Shown here: piece after piece, positions 8,681 to 18,142 of the stretch
Layout of the letters: each line of letters opens with the position of its first letter
How positions within the stretch are numbered: the stretch's first letter is position 1
Program-made: the position numbers and the translations under genes
Notes under the pieces: model-generated
What the model saw: the letters and a program-made list of their open reading frames with translations, nothing else
The model's database searches: none
Told to the model about the DNA's origin: nothing
NCBI GenBank assembly: GCA_965228735.1
Contig: OZ245838.1
Location: 4,992,001-5,056,000 of the forward strand
DNA: 64,000 bases
Direction of reading: 5' to 3'
From: Planctomycetota bacterium
GTDB lineage: Bacteria > Planctomycetota > UBA1135 > UBA2386

Positions 8681-10756
8681 TCAACGCCCGTTCTTCGAAC
8701 TCGTCGCCGCGGCGGCGTCCCGGTCGTTGCGATAGCGCTCGAACCAGCCGCGCACGTAGAGGATCCGCCGCAGCCGGTTGCTCATGTGCCGGCCGGCTGC
8801 GCCATGGTACTCGTCGGGCACCCGGACCATCACGGAGTCGACCTTCCGCAGCCGCAGCGCCTGGTAGTACTCCTCGGTCTGCGCCATCGGCGTGCGCAGA
8901 TCGAGTTCGCCCGTGATCAGCATCGTCGGCGTCGTCACGTTGCCGACGAGCCGCAGCGGCGAGCGCTGCCAGTGCTCCTCGATGCTCTCCCACGGCAGCT
9001 TCTCGAAGTTGGTGTACCAGTACGGCCCGTCGGTCGTGCCGACGAAGCTGATCCAGTTGGTCACGGGGAACATCGACACCGCGGCGCGGAAGCGATCCGT
9101 CATGCCGACGATCCAGCACGTCAGCACGCCGCCGCCGCTGCCGCCGTAGACGAACAGCTCGTCCTCGTCGATGTAGCCCTGACCGATCACGTGATCGACG
9201 CACGCCATCAGGTCGTCGTAGTCGCGGCCGGGGTAGGCGTTGTCGATCTGGTTGCCGAACGCCTTGCCGTAGCCGAGCGAGCCGCGCGGGTTGGTGTAGA
9301 CGACGACGTAGCCGTTGGCTGCGTGGTTCTGGCGTTCGAAGCTGAAGTCGACGCCGTACATGCCGTGCGGGCCGCCGTGGATCTGCAGGATCAGCGGGTA
9401 CTTCTTCGTCGGGTCGAAGTGCGGCGGCTTGACGATCCAGCCCTGCACCTTCAGCCCGTCGCTCGATTCGGTCCAGAAGCCTTCGACCGAGCCGAGCTTC
9501 ACGTCGGCGAGCACGTCGCTGTGCACGTCGGTCAGGCGTCGCATCACGCCGTCGAACAACGTGATGTCGGCTGGCTGCTGCGGGCCGGTCATCGTGCCGA
9601 GCACCGCGCCGCGCGCGTCGACGTCGCTGAGGCGGAACTGCAGGCCGCCGCGCGTGACCGGCGTGACCGTGCCGGCGGGATCGACGCGATACACGTGTGA
9701 CATCCCGCGATCGCGCACCGTGTAGAGCAGCGTCGAGCCGTCCTTGCTCCACATCAGGCTGCCGGGCCGCCGGTCCTGCTCCTTGTTGAGCTCGCGCTTG
9801 TCACTGCCGTCGCGCCGCATGAGCCAGATCGACGCGACGTTGTAGGTGTCCGTCGTCTTGTCGTGACCCGTGTAGGCGATCCACTCGCCGTCGGGCGAGA
9901 CGACCGGGCCGCCGTCCGGGCCCTCGCGATCGGTCAGCTGGCGCACGTCGCCCGACTCGACGTCGAGCGCGTAGACTTCCGACTCCTGTACCTGCCAGTC
10001 CGCGTCCTCGACGCGCAGACCCGAGAACAGGATCTCCTGGCCGTCCGGCGTCCACTCGGGTGAGCCGTGGTCGTAGTCCCCGTTCGTGAGCTGCTTCGGC
10101 GTGCCGCCGGTCGCGCTCACGAGGAAGATGTGGCGGTGACCGCTCGGCCGGTAGCCGCTGCGGTCGCGCCGGTAGCTGAGGCGCGTGATGACGGTCGGTT
10201 CGGGCGCCCACTTCGCGCCCTTGGGGCGCTTCGGCAGCTTGATCGGGAAACCCTTCTTCTCGGGCACCTGCATCGTGAACGCGAGCTGCTTGCCGTCGGG
10301 TGACCACCGCACGCTGCCCGGGCTCTCGCTGACGTGCGTGATCTGCGTCACGGAGCGATCGTCGAGGTGCAGCACGTGGATCTGGCTGCCCTTCGGCTCG
10401 CCGCTCCGCGTGAACGCGATGCGCGTGCCGTCGGGCGACCAGCGCGGTGAACTGCCCGTGGTCAGGAAGCGTTGCCGGCCGCCGTCGCGATCCATGATCC
10501 AGAGCTCGCTCTGCATGCGGTCGTTGACCTGATCGGTCCAAGAGCGCGAGTAGACGATCTGCTGGCCGTCGGGCGAGAACCGCGGGCTGCCGACGCGCTC
10601 CCAGTCGAGCATCTTGTCGAGCGTGAGCGTGCCCTCATCGGCGTGGTCCTTGGCCGGATCATCGGCGGCGCCGCCTTGCGCGAGCACCGCGGGTGATGCG
10701 ACGAGCGCGGTGGCGGCGGTCAGCAGAACGGAACGAAACGAGCGACGGCGACGCAT
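8681..10756 (-). CDS. S9 family serine peptidase (acylaminoacyl/dipeptidyl peptidase-like) with a PD40 beta-propeller
   Basis: WSPDG repeats; IHGGPH; GGSGGG nucleophile; DLRTP Asp; EYHG His; N-terminal signal peptide. Confidence 0.93.
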   Translation of the reverse strand: MRRRRSFRSVLLTAATALVASPAVLAQGGAADDPAKDHADEGTLTLDKMLDWERVGSPRFSPDGQQIVYSRSWTDQVNDRMQSELWIMDRDGGRQRFLTTGSSPRWSPDGTRIAFTRSGEPKGSQIHVLHLDDRSVTQITHVSESPGSVRWSPDGKQLAFTMQVPEKKGFPIKLPKRPKGAKWAPEPTVITRLSYRRDRSGYRPSGHRHIFLVSATGGTPKQLTNGDYDHGSPEWTPDGQEILFSGLRVEDADWQVQESEVYALDVESGDVRQLTDREGPDGGPVVSPDGEWIAYTGHDKTTDTYNVASIWLMRRDGSDKRELNKEQDRRPGSLMWSKDGSTLLYTVRDRGMSHVYRVDPAGTVTPVTRGGLQFRLSDVDARGAVLGTMTGPQQPADITLFDGVMRRLTDVHSDVLADVKLGSVEGFWTESSDGLKVQGWIVKPPHFDPTKKYPLILQIHGGPHGMYGVDFSFERQNHAANGYVVVYTNPRGSLGYGKAFGNQIDNAYPGRDYDDLMACVDHVIGQGYIDEDELFVYGGSGGGVLTCWIVGMTDRFRAAVSMFPVTNWISFVGTTDGPYWYTNFEKLPWESIEEHWQRSPLRLVGNVTTPTMLITGELDLRTPMAQTEEYYQALRLRKVDSVMVRVPDEYHGAAGRHMSNRLRRILYVRGWFERYRNDRDAAAATSSKNGR

Positions 10757-11045
10757 GGCGGACTCCTGGGGCGGCGGATTGCCGGGCCACTCGTTGTACG
10801 GAATCGAGGATTCGAGGGAACGGCCGGGCGCGGTTCTGCGTCCGGTGTTACTCCCCGGACACGTACCGGGGCGCAGAACGGGGGCACGCGCACCGGGGGG
10901 CTTCCCCGCCGGTTCACCGGGCGTTCACCCGTGCCACCGGCTCTTGCGGTATCGCCGACGCAGCCGGCCGGGCATCGAATCGGGCCGTTGCTCGTCGGAG
11001 GCCTTCCGCCGCTGCCGCTTTTGCACCAAACTGTCGCCGAGTCGC

Positions 11046-11645
11046 ATGACCATTTCCGTGCTCGCACAACCGACGCTGGTTCTCAACCGGTCCTGGGTCG
11101 CCATCGACACCACGACCGTGCTGGGGGCGATGCGTCTGCTCTTCAAGGGCACCGCGGTCGCGGTGCAGCCGGAGAGCTACGAGACGCACGAGTTCGAGTC
11201 GTGGGCCGACCTCGCTGTCGCGCCGCACGAGCCGCACATCCGCACGCCGCGGCTGCGCATCCGCGTGCCCGAGATCATCGCGCTGACCGGCTACGACAAG
11301 GTGCCGCGGCGCGCGGTGCCGTTCACGCGACGCAACCTGTTCGACCGCGATCGGCGTGCGTGTCAATACTGCGGGCGGCGGCCGGGCACGGCCGAACTCA
11401 CGATCGATCACGTGCTGCCGCGTTCGCGCGGGGGGCTGTCGACCTGGACCAACTGCGTGCTCGCGTGTGTCGCGTGCAATCGTCGCAAGGCGGATCGCAC
11501 GCCGGCCGAGGCCAACATGCGTCTGCTCGCCGAGCCGCGCGCGCCGCGCTGGCGCCCGACGCTCGACGTGCCGCTGGGTCGCGTGCGGCAGTCGTGGCAG
11601 AAGTTCGTCAGCGATCGTTACTGGAACGTCGCGCTCGAGCCGTAG
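11046..11645 (+). CDS. HNH endonuclease (McrA/COG1403-like)
   Basis: LVLNRSW N-terminus; FTRRNLFDRDRRACQYCG...TIDHVLPRSRGG...WTNCVLACVACNRRK. Confidence 0.92.
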   Translation: MTISVLAQPTLVLNRSWVAIDTTTVLGAMRLLFKGTAVAVQPESYETHEFESWADLAVAPHEPHIRTPRLRIRVPEIIALTGYDKVPRRAVPFTRRNLFDRDRRACQYCGRRPGTAELTIDHVLPRSRGGLSTWTNCVLACVACNRRKADRTPAEANMRLLAEPRAPRWRPTLDVPLGRVRQSWQKFVSDRYWNVALEP

Positions 11646-11669
11646 GGCCGCTGACGGCGAACGCGCGGG

Positions 11670-12467
11670 ATGGCGACGATCGATCCAGAACGCCTGCAGC
11701 GGCTGCGGTACGTGACCGTGGCCGACCCCGCGCGCATAGCTGGGATGACGGCGCCCGACTTCGTGCTCGCGGGGCCGCAGCGCACGGGTTCGACCTGGCT
11801 CTTCAACGTGCTCGCCGAGCACCCCGAGCTGCAGCTCTCCGACCCGAAGGAGATCTACTACTGGAACACCGTCGACAAGCCCGACCACTTCCAGCACGTC
11901 ACGACGGAGCTGGCCTGGTATCTCGTGCATTTCGCGACCGCGGGTGGGCGGACCTGCGGTGAAGCCACCGCGAGCTACGCCGCGATGCCCGACGAGCTCA
12001 TCGAGAACGTGACGACCCTGTTGCCCGATCTGCGCGTCGTGATCACCGTCCGCCATCCGATCGAGCGGCTGTGGTCCCACGCCAAGCACGAGTTCGCGCT
12101 CGATGGCCGCGGCGGCATCGGCACCGCGACGGAGGACGAGCTCATCGAGTTCGGCAACAGTCCGTATCACCGGCGCTGCGGCATGTACTCGACGATGATC
12201 GAGCAGTGGTCGCGCCACCTGCGGCCCGGGCATCTGCACGTCGGCCTGTTCGACGACATCGCGCGGCGGCCGCTCGAGTTTGCCCGCGACGTCGCGCGCT
12301 TCCTCGGAGTGAGCGACGACCCGCGTCACATCGAACGCCGCATCGACCACAACCCCAACCCGACGCCGCCCGACGCGAGCTTCCCCGAACGCTTCCGCCC
12401 GGAACTCGAAGCGCTGTATCGCGACGAGATCGAGTGGCTGCGCTCGCGGTTCGACGTGCCGTGGTAG
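11670..12467 (+). CDS. Sulfotransferase family protein
   Basis: PDFVLAGPQRTGSTWL (5'-PSB), KEIYYW, RHPIERLWS (3'-PB). Confidence 0.9.
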   Translation: MATIDPERLQRLRYVTVADPARIAGMTAPDFVLAGPQRTGSTWLFNVLAEHPELQLSDPKEIYYWNTVDKPDHFQHVTTELAWYLVHFATAGGRTCGEATASYAAMPDELIENVTTLLPDLRVVITVRHPIERLWSHAKHEFALDGRGGIGTATEDELIEFGNSPYHRRCGMYSTMIEQWSRHLRPGHLHVGLFDDIARRPLEFARDVARFLGVSDDPRHIERRIDHNPNPTPPDASFPERFRPELEALYRDEIEWLRSRFDVPW

Positions 12468-12480
12468 CGCGGGCCGCGCG

Positions 12481-12933
12481 CTAAAGGCCGAGGTCGTCGA
12501 GCAGATCACGATCGAGCGTGCCGTGCGCCGCGAGCGCGTCGGCGACGCGGCAGAGCGATTCCCAGACCGCAGCGTCCTGCAGCAGCTGCACGACTTCGCG
12601 GGTCCATTCGTGCAAGGTGATCTGTCGTTCTGCCGCGGGTGCGAGCTCACCGAGCGCCGCCTCGATCTCACCTGCGTCGTCGGCCCACGCGGAGGGCCCG
12701 TCGAACGGCCCGTCCTCACCGCGCCACATCGCCTCGCCGATCGGTCCCGCGAGCGCGGCCAACGCCGAACGTCGCGTCCGTTCGCGGACCGCGAACCCGC
12801 GCCATTCGACGGTCGTGCGGCCCATGTGCCCCTCGACCTCGGCCTCGATCGTCGATTCGAGCACGCGCCCGCCGAGCAGATGCGCGACGAGCACGTGCCC
12901 GGCTTCGTGATAGGCGCTGGTGTCGTCGATCAT
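12481..12933 (-). CDS. Small HExxH metallopeptidase-like protein (M41/M50-like)
   Basis: SAYHEAGHVLVAHLLG, ALAGPIGE, VADALAAHGTL. Confidence 0.75.
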   Translation of the reverse strand: MIDDTSAYHEAGHVLVAHLLGGRVLESTIEAEVEGHMGRTTVEWRGFAVRERTRRSALAALAGPIGEAMWRGEDGPFDGPSAWADDAGEIEAALGELAPAAERQITLHEWTREVVQLLQDAAVWESLCRVADALAAHGTLDRDLLDDLGL

Positions 12934-13029
12934 GCGACTGCTCGCACGAGCATCGCCGTCGGGCCGGCGCACCGCAACGGCATCGAGATGACCGTCGGGA
13001 TTCGCTGACCCCGTGGTAGCCTGGGACGC

Positions 13030-13290
13030 GTGAGTGAGTCCAGCAAGCGCGTCCGGATCGAGTATCCGGCCGGCCCGGCGAGTCAGCCCGTGCTCTACCC
13101 GTTGAGTCACGAGCACGACGTCCGCATCAACATCCGTCGCGCGGAGATCGCCGAGGACGGCGGCTTCCTCGAGGTCGAGATGGCCGGCGGCGAGGCCGCG
13201 ATCGCGGCGGTCTGTGCGGCGCTGCGCGCCGAGGGCTGCACCGTTGTCGAGGACGGCGTGGACGAGGCGCCGTCGACCGCCGACGAGTGA
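13030..13290 (+). CDS. NIL domain protein
   Basis: SQPVLYPLSHEHDVRINIRRAEI...GFLEVEMAG pattern. Confidence 0.75.
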   Translation: MSESSKRVRIEYPAGPASQPVLYPLSHEHDVRINIRRAEIAEDGGFLEVEMAGGEAAIAAVCAALRAEGCTVVEDGVDEAPSTADE

Positions 13291-14783
13291 TCGCGGTTCA
13301 GGCCAGTGGCGCCGGCGCCAGTACCGGCACCCGCCGCGCGCGGCAAGCTCTCTGGTTGATCGTCTGGCTGCTCCTGGCCGGCTGGCTCGCGTACTCGCAT
13401 CGGTTCGCGGCGGCGGATGATGTCTACATCGTTCATCGCTACGTCCTCAACCTGCTCGAGGGGCACGGCTGGGTCTACAACGTCGGCGAACCCGTGCAGG
13501 GCTCGACGTCGCCGGCCAACACGCTCGCGCTGCTCGTCGCCGCTCTGTTGTGCGGGCGCGACTACGACGCCGCGCACGCGCTCGTCTATGCGATTGCGAT
13601 CGGATGCGCGTGCTGGTTCGTGCAGGAGGCGTTGCGCCGACTCGATGGCGCGGTCACCGCGTTGGTCTGTGCGCTGTTCGTCCTGAGTTCGCCCGTGCTC
13701 GTGTCGACGATCGGACTCGAGTCGTGCCTGCTCGTTCTCGCGATGTGCGCCGGTTTCTGGGCGCTCGTCACCGAACGGCCCATGCTCGCGGCCGCTGCGG
13801 TCGGGTGCCTGACGCTCGTGCGACCCGAAGGCGTGCTGTTCGGCCTCGTGCTGCTCGCCGACGTCGCGCGGAAGCGGAACGAACGACCGCTCGCCTCGCT
13901 GCCGTGGGGCCGCATGGTCGCGGTTGCTGCGGCGCCGATGCTCGTGTGGTGCGCGTTCTCGATCTGGCAGTTCGGTTCGCCGCTGCCGTCCACGCTCGAG
14001 GGCAAGCAGGCGCAGGCGGCGTCGGGTTGGTGGGGCACGGGCGATCTCTACTGGCGGGGTCTGCGCCGGTCGTTCGCCGCGCTCGACGCGGGCGGCTGGC
14101 TCGTCTCGTGGCTGGGTGACGACAAGCCCGTCTACCGCGGTCTGCTCGGCGGAGCTGTCGTGCTGTGGCTCGGCCTGCTCGTGCGACCGCACCGTGCGCT
14201 CGTGTTCGTCGGGTTCGCCGTGCTGCACACGGCCGCGTACGCGGCATTGAACGTGCCGTACTACCATTGGTACGGAGCGCCGGTGCATCTCGCGTTCGCG
14301 ATCGCGCTCGGGATCTGGCTCGGCCGCCTGCACGGGGTCTGCTCGCGTCGTGGCAACGCCCGCCTGGCGGCCGTGGTCACTGCCACCGCGACCGTCCTCC
14401 TGCTGCTGCTGTTCGGCGCGCGGCCTTGGGGTCGCGCGCCCCACTACCCGCACTACGAACGCGCCGCCGAGTTCGTCGCCGCGCGCGCTCCCGACGACGC
14501 GTCGGTCGGCACGGTCGAGATCGGGGTCCTCGGCCTCGCGCTCTGGCCGCGGCCGATCGTCGACGCCGCCGGCCTCGTGCACCCCGACGGCCCGGCCAAC
14601 CTGCGCGTGGGTCGCCTCGGGTGGTGGATCGAGGACGAGGCCGCTGACTGGATCATCGCGCACGATCCGCTGTGGTCGGGCTTCGAGGCCGAGCCGCTCG
14701 AACGCGCCGTTGCCGCCGGGCGCTACGTCCGGGTCGACGATGGCGCGATCGCGCGGATCCGGGTGTATCGCCGCTCGCCGTAG
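13287..14783 (+). CDS. Polytopic membrane protein, GT-C (family 39-like) glycosyltransferase-like
   Basis: DDVYIVHRYVLNLLEGHGWVYN..EPVQGSTSP, LVRPEG, many TMs, EIGVLG...IVDAAGLV. Confidence 0.75.
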   Translation: MIAVQASGAGASTGTRRARQALWLIVWLLLAGWLAYSHRFAAADDVYIVHRYVLNLLEGHGWVYNVGEPVQGSTSPANTLALLVAALLCGRDYDAAHALVYAIAIGCACWFVQEALRRLDGAVTALVCALFVLSSPVLVSTIGLESCLLVLAMCAGFWALVTERPMLAAAAVGCLTLVRPEGVLFGLVLLADVARKRNERPLASLPWGRMVAVAAAPMLVWCAFSIWQFGSPLPSTLEGKQAQAASGWWGTGDLYWRGLRRSFAALDAGGWLVSWLGDDKPVYRGLLGGAVVLWLGLLVRPHRALVFVGFAVLHTAAYAALNVPYYHWYGAPVHLAFAIALGIWLGRLHGVCSRRGNARLAAVVTATATVLLLLLFGARPWGRAPHYPHYERAAEFVAARAPDDASVGTVEIGVLGLALWPRPIVDAAGLVHPDGPANLRVGRLGWWIEDEAADWIIAHDPLWSGFEAEPLERAVAAGRYVRVDDGAIARIRVYRRSP

Positions 14784-14941
14784 CGGCCCGCGGCCGGGTG
14801 CTGGGTCGTACGATCGAAGGCCCGCGATTGTACTGCAGCGTCGTGATCTGCAGCGTCGTGACCTTCGGCGGCAGCCAGCCCGGGTGGCCGACCCGTTGGT
14901 CGCGAGCGGGAGCGCCGCGCGCGTTACCCGCGCAACGGCAG

Positions 14942-15415
14942 CTACGGCGCCGCCCAGACGGCCAGCTCGTTGCCCGACGGATCCGTGAAGTGAAAGCGCC
15001 GACCGCCCGGGAACGAAAACGGCGGCGTCGTGATCGCGCCACCCGCGGCTTCGACCGCGGCGACGCTCGCCGCGAGATCGTCGGAGTAGAGCACCACGAG
15101 CACGCCCCCGCGCGTGACGTTCGTGTCCAGCCGCATACCGCCGACCTCGCCTTCGCCCGACGCGCGCTGGATGCCCGCGTAGTCGGGGCCGTAGTCGGTG
15201 AACTGCCAGTCGAACGCCGCAGTGTAGAACCGCTTTGCCGCGGCCATGTCGGTGACGGTGAACTCGATGTAGTCGATCGTGTGGTGGACTTGGTGGCGAT
15301 GCATGGTCGCAATGGAGGTCGAGGATTCGCGGTTGCCGTCGATTGCGCAGCTCGCCAGTGCGGCGACGAGAGCGCTGGCGCAGAGGCGCGAGAGGCCGCG
15401 GCGTGGGCAGGTCAT
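14942..15415 (-). CDS. VOC/glyoxalase family protein, possibly with a lipoprotein signal
   Basis: IDYIEF..DMAAAKRFY..FDWQFTDYGPDY; FPGGRRFHFTDPSGNELAVW; start 15415 (LASC lipobox-like), alternative start 15304. Confidence 0.88.
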   Translation of the reverse strand: MTCPRRGLSRLCASALVAALASCAIDGNRESSTSIATMHRHQVHHTIDYIEFTVTDMAAAKRFYTAAFDWQFTDYGPDYAGIQRASGEGEVGGMRLDTNVTRGGVLVVLYSDDLAASVAAVEAAGGAITTPPFSFPGGRRFHFTDPSGNELAVWAAP

Positions 15416-15436
15416 GACTCGAAGCCTAGCCGAGGC

Positions 15437-15460
15437 CTCCTGCCACCGTGGTGTCAGCAG
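15437..15460 (-). promoter_or_regulatory. 24-bp palindromic site, copy 1 (candidate HTH-WYL activator site)
   Basis: Minus strand CTGCTGACACCACGGTGGCAGGAG, 22/24 identical to 30057..30080; 21 nt from ATG 15415. Confidence 0.7.
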
Positions 15461-15650
15461 GGTTGGCAGCGCCGGGCGGCGCGGCGCCAGCGCTTTCGCC
15501 TTTCGCTTTCGTTCGAGCAGCTCGTCCGAGCCCCCCATGCCGATCGAGAAGACTTGCTCGATCGAGGGGTTCGCGCCGAGAATAGCCCCGGAATCCGCGA
15601 GTCGATCGTCGGAACGCTCCGTCCCGCGCAAGCCGCTACTCCCGAAGTCG

Positions 15651-16013
15651 ATGGCACCCCGATCCACCACAGCCGAACGCATGGCGAAGCTGTCCTTCGC
15701 CGCCGTCTACCCACACTACGTCAACAAGGTCGTCAAGAAGGGCCGCACGGAGGAAGAGCTGCGCGAGGTCATCACGTGGCTCACGGGCTTCAGCGACGCC
15801 CGAATCGACAAGTTCATCGCCGCGGACGCGACGTTCGAGCAGTTCTTCGACAAGGCCAAGATCAACCCGAACGCGAACAAGATCACGGGCGTGATCTGCG
15901 GCTACCGCGTCGAAGAGATCGAAGACCCGCTGGAGCAGAAGGGCCGCTACCTCGACAAGCTGGTCGACGAACTCGCCAAGGGCAAGGCGATGGCGAAGAT
16001 CCTGCGGTCGTAG
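15651..16013 (+). CDS. DUF2200 family protein
   Basis: SFAAVYPHYVNKVVKKGRT...ITWLTG...ITGVICGYRVEEIEDPL..RYLDKLVDELAKGK. Confidence 0.88.
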   Translation: MAPRSTTAERMAKLSFAAVYPHYVNKVVKKGRTEEELREVITWLTGFSDARIDKFIAADATFEQFFDKAKINPNANKITGVICGYRVEEIEDPLEQKGRYLDKLVDELAKGKAMAKILRS

Positions 16014-16039
16014 CCTGCAGTTGGCTTCCGCGACCCGGC

Positions 16040-17365
16040 CTATTCACTGGATCGGAATCGGTCGCGCACGACCGTCTCCAGGTCGCGTGTGGGAGAGAAA
16101 AACATGCGGCCTTTGCGCGTCTCGCCTTCGAGCAGGCCGAGCTCGACGAGTCCGAGGATGTCCGTTCGTGCAGTCTGGTAGGCGACGCCGTGCGCGTTCT
16201 GCTGAGACCGGAAGGTGTAGATCGTGGCCGGGTCTCGGATCGCGTTTCTGATCAGCTCGACCTGCCTGTGGTTGAGGTCGCTTCCGGGGCGCAGGAGAGC
16301 ACCCAGTTCCTGTAGTTCTCTCGTTTTCTGCGTCATGTAGTTCTCGAGGCTCGTGAGCGCCCGCTGCATGACGGCCAGTTGATGCATCAAGAAGTAGGTC
16401 ATGTCTTCGCCGTCCGTTTCCGAATAGAGGTACGACCTTGCATACTGCGATGGCCCTCTTCGTAGGATCGTCGAGATCGAGACGTACTCCCAAAGCCAGT
16501 AGCCTTGGCGGAGCATCGACCAGTAGAAGAGCGTCCGTGCAGTTCGCCCGTTGCCATCCGTGAACGGGTGCAGGTAGCCGATCCAGAAGTGCAGCGTCAC
16601 CGCCCGGACGACCGGGTGCACGAACGCGGCTCCGTCGGCTGTGTCGTTCGCGAACGCGCACAGTGCCTCCAGGCCCCGCTCGACTTCGGAAGCCGGAGGA
16701 GGCTGGTGCAGGATCTCGCCCGTTGACACCTGGACGACGTTGACGTCGTCGTCATCCGTCCGAATCCTCTCGTCGGGGTCGAGCACCTGGTGAATCTCGA
16801 GGATCATTGCGGGTGTCAGGCGCTTCTTCGCCATCCTGCCGACCGCCTGCATGGCGTGATAGTTGCGCAGGATCATCCGCTCGCTCGGGTCGGTTGGCTT
16901 CCTGCCCGTCCGGATCATCTCCTTGGCGATCGTGCGGGTCGTGCTCGCGCCTTCGAGTTGCGACGACGTGATCGCTTCTTCGGCCAGGCTCGAGAGGATG
17001 TAACGGCTCTTCGTAGCCTTGCCGCGGAGTTGTGGTTCGAACGTCTTGACGTGTCCGCTGCGTCGGTCGATCTCGTGCAGTTTCTGCGCGACGACGCCGT
17101 GTGGCATGAACCAGAACGGGTCGCCGCGCTTGGATCGGAATGGCAAGTCCTGGCGCGCTGCTCGCCTTGCCATCTTCATCCCGAGCCACCACTCGCGATG
17201 AGTGAGGTTTGCTGGCGGCGTGATGTGGCGCACCTTGTCCCAGTGGAGGTACTTCGATTCGTGCGTCGGTCCCTGTCTCAGGATGAGATCGAGCTTCTCC
17301 GGCGCCGTCTCCGGCAGCATGGCGGTCAGTTCGGCGAGCTGTGGGGCAGTTCGGGGGATCCGCAT
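16040..17365 (-). CDS. Fic family protein with a C-terminal winged HTH
   Basis: HPFTDGNGRTAR Fic motif; EEAITSSQLEGA; C-terminal HGVAYQTARTDILGLVELGLL. Confidence 0.93.
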   Translation of the reverse strand: MRIPRTAPQLAELTAMLPETAPEKLDLILRQGPTHESKYLHWDKVRHITPPANLTHREWWLGMKMARRAARQDLPFRSKRGDPFWFMPHGVVAQKLHEIDRRSGHVKTFEPQLRGKATKSRYILSSLAEEAITSSQLEGASTTRTIAKEMIRTGRKPTDPSERMILRNYHAMQAVGRMAKKRLTPAMILEIHQVLDPDERIRTDDDDVNVVQVSTGEILHQPPPASEVERGLEALCAFANDTADGAAFVHPVVRAVTLHFWIGYLHPFTDGNGRTARTLFYWSMLRQGYWLWEYVSISTILRRGPSQYARSYLYSETDGEDMTYFLMHQLAVMQRALTSLENYMTQKTRELQELGALLRPGSDLNHRQVELIRNAIRDPATIYTFRSQQNAHGVAYQTARTDILGLVELGLLEGETRKGRMFFSPTRDLETVVRDRFRSSE

Positions 17366-17376
17366 GGCGTGTCGAG

Positions 17377-17408
17377 AACCTACTAATCATGTGTCAGATT
17401 AGTAGGTT
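17377..17408. promoter_or_regulatory. Perfect 12-8-12 inverted repeat upstream of the Fic gene (operator candidate)
   Basis: AACCTACTAATC-ATGTGTCA-GATTAGTAGGTT; degenerate second copy at 17428..17459. Confidence 0.6.
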
Positions 17409-17503
17409 GGGCGCTCCCGTGCTCGCGAACTTACTAATTCAAGATCACTTTAGCACGTCTTCGACAAGCCATGATCAAGCATAAATAACTGCATATCCGT
17501 AGT

Positions 17504-18142
17504 TTATGGGAATGTTTGGGCGAGACGTGAAGATCGGCCCACCGATGAACCCAGGTCACTGAGCTCCATGAACGCAAGACAGAGCCGGCGGAAGCCGTCC
17601 CCAGGACCGGGCTCGGGCGAGTTCTGCTCGAAGCAATGGTAGTCGTCACCCTGCACGCCCTCGAGCAGCCAGCTCGAACCATCGAAGTCGAGACTGATCT
17701 CGTGTTCGAGCTCCCAGAACCCGATGCGTTCGGCGCCCTGCTCGATGCTGCGCCATTCCGCGTCGGTCAGACTGCGCGCCACTCGCTCGACCACGACACC
17801 CGGCTCGTACCCGCCCGCGCCCGAGAGCACGATCGCCTCGAGGACGATCCCGTCCGCGCGCGATTCGATCCGGACCATGACCGGTCGGTCGAACGAAGGG
17901 AGCAAGGTGAAACGAAACGCCTTGTTCGCTCGCGTCGCGACCGCGGTCATCGCGGGTTCTGCCATCGCGCGGAGGTGCGCATCGAACAGAACGTCGAAGT
18001 AACACGGCTTGATCGGGAAGTACGAGCCGGTGGGAGGGGCAAGGCTCGGTGCGTTCGTGGTCGTGCAGGCGCCGAACATTGTCAACAGGGCGGCGAGCGC
18101 CGGGAGCTTCGCGCGTACCGATCGATGGGAAGTGCGGAGCAT
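17504..18142 (-). CDS. Hypothetical lipoprotein
   Basis: ATG overlaps the upstream stop (ATGA); LLTMFGAC lipobox-like. Confidence 0.65.
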   Translation of the reverse strand: MLRTSHRSVRAKLPALAALLTMFGACTTTNAPSLAPPTGSYFPIKPCYFDVLFDAHLRAMAEPAMTAVATRANKAFRFTLLPSFDRPVMVRIESRADGIVLEAIVLSGAGGYEPGVVVERVARSLTDAEWRSIEQGAERIGFWELEHEISLDFDGSSWLLEGVQGDDYHCFEQNSPEPGPGDGFRRLCLAFMELSDLGSSVGRSSRLAQTFP

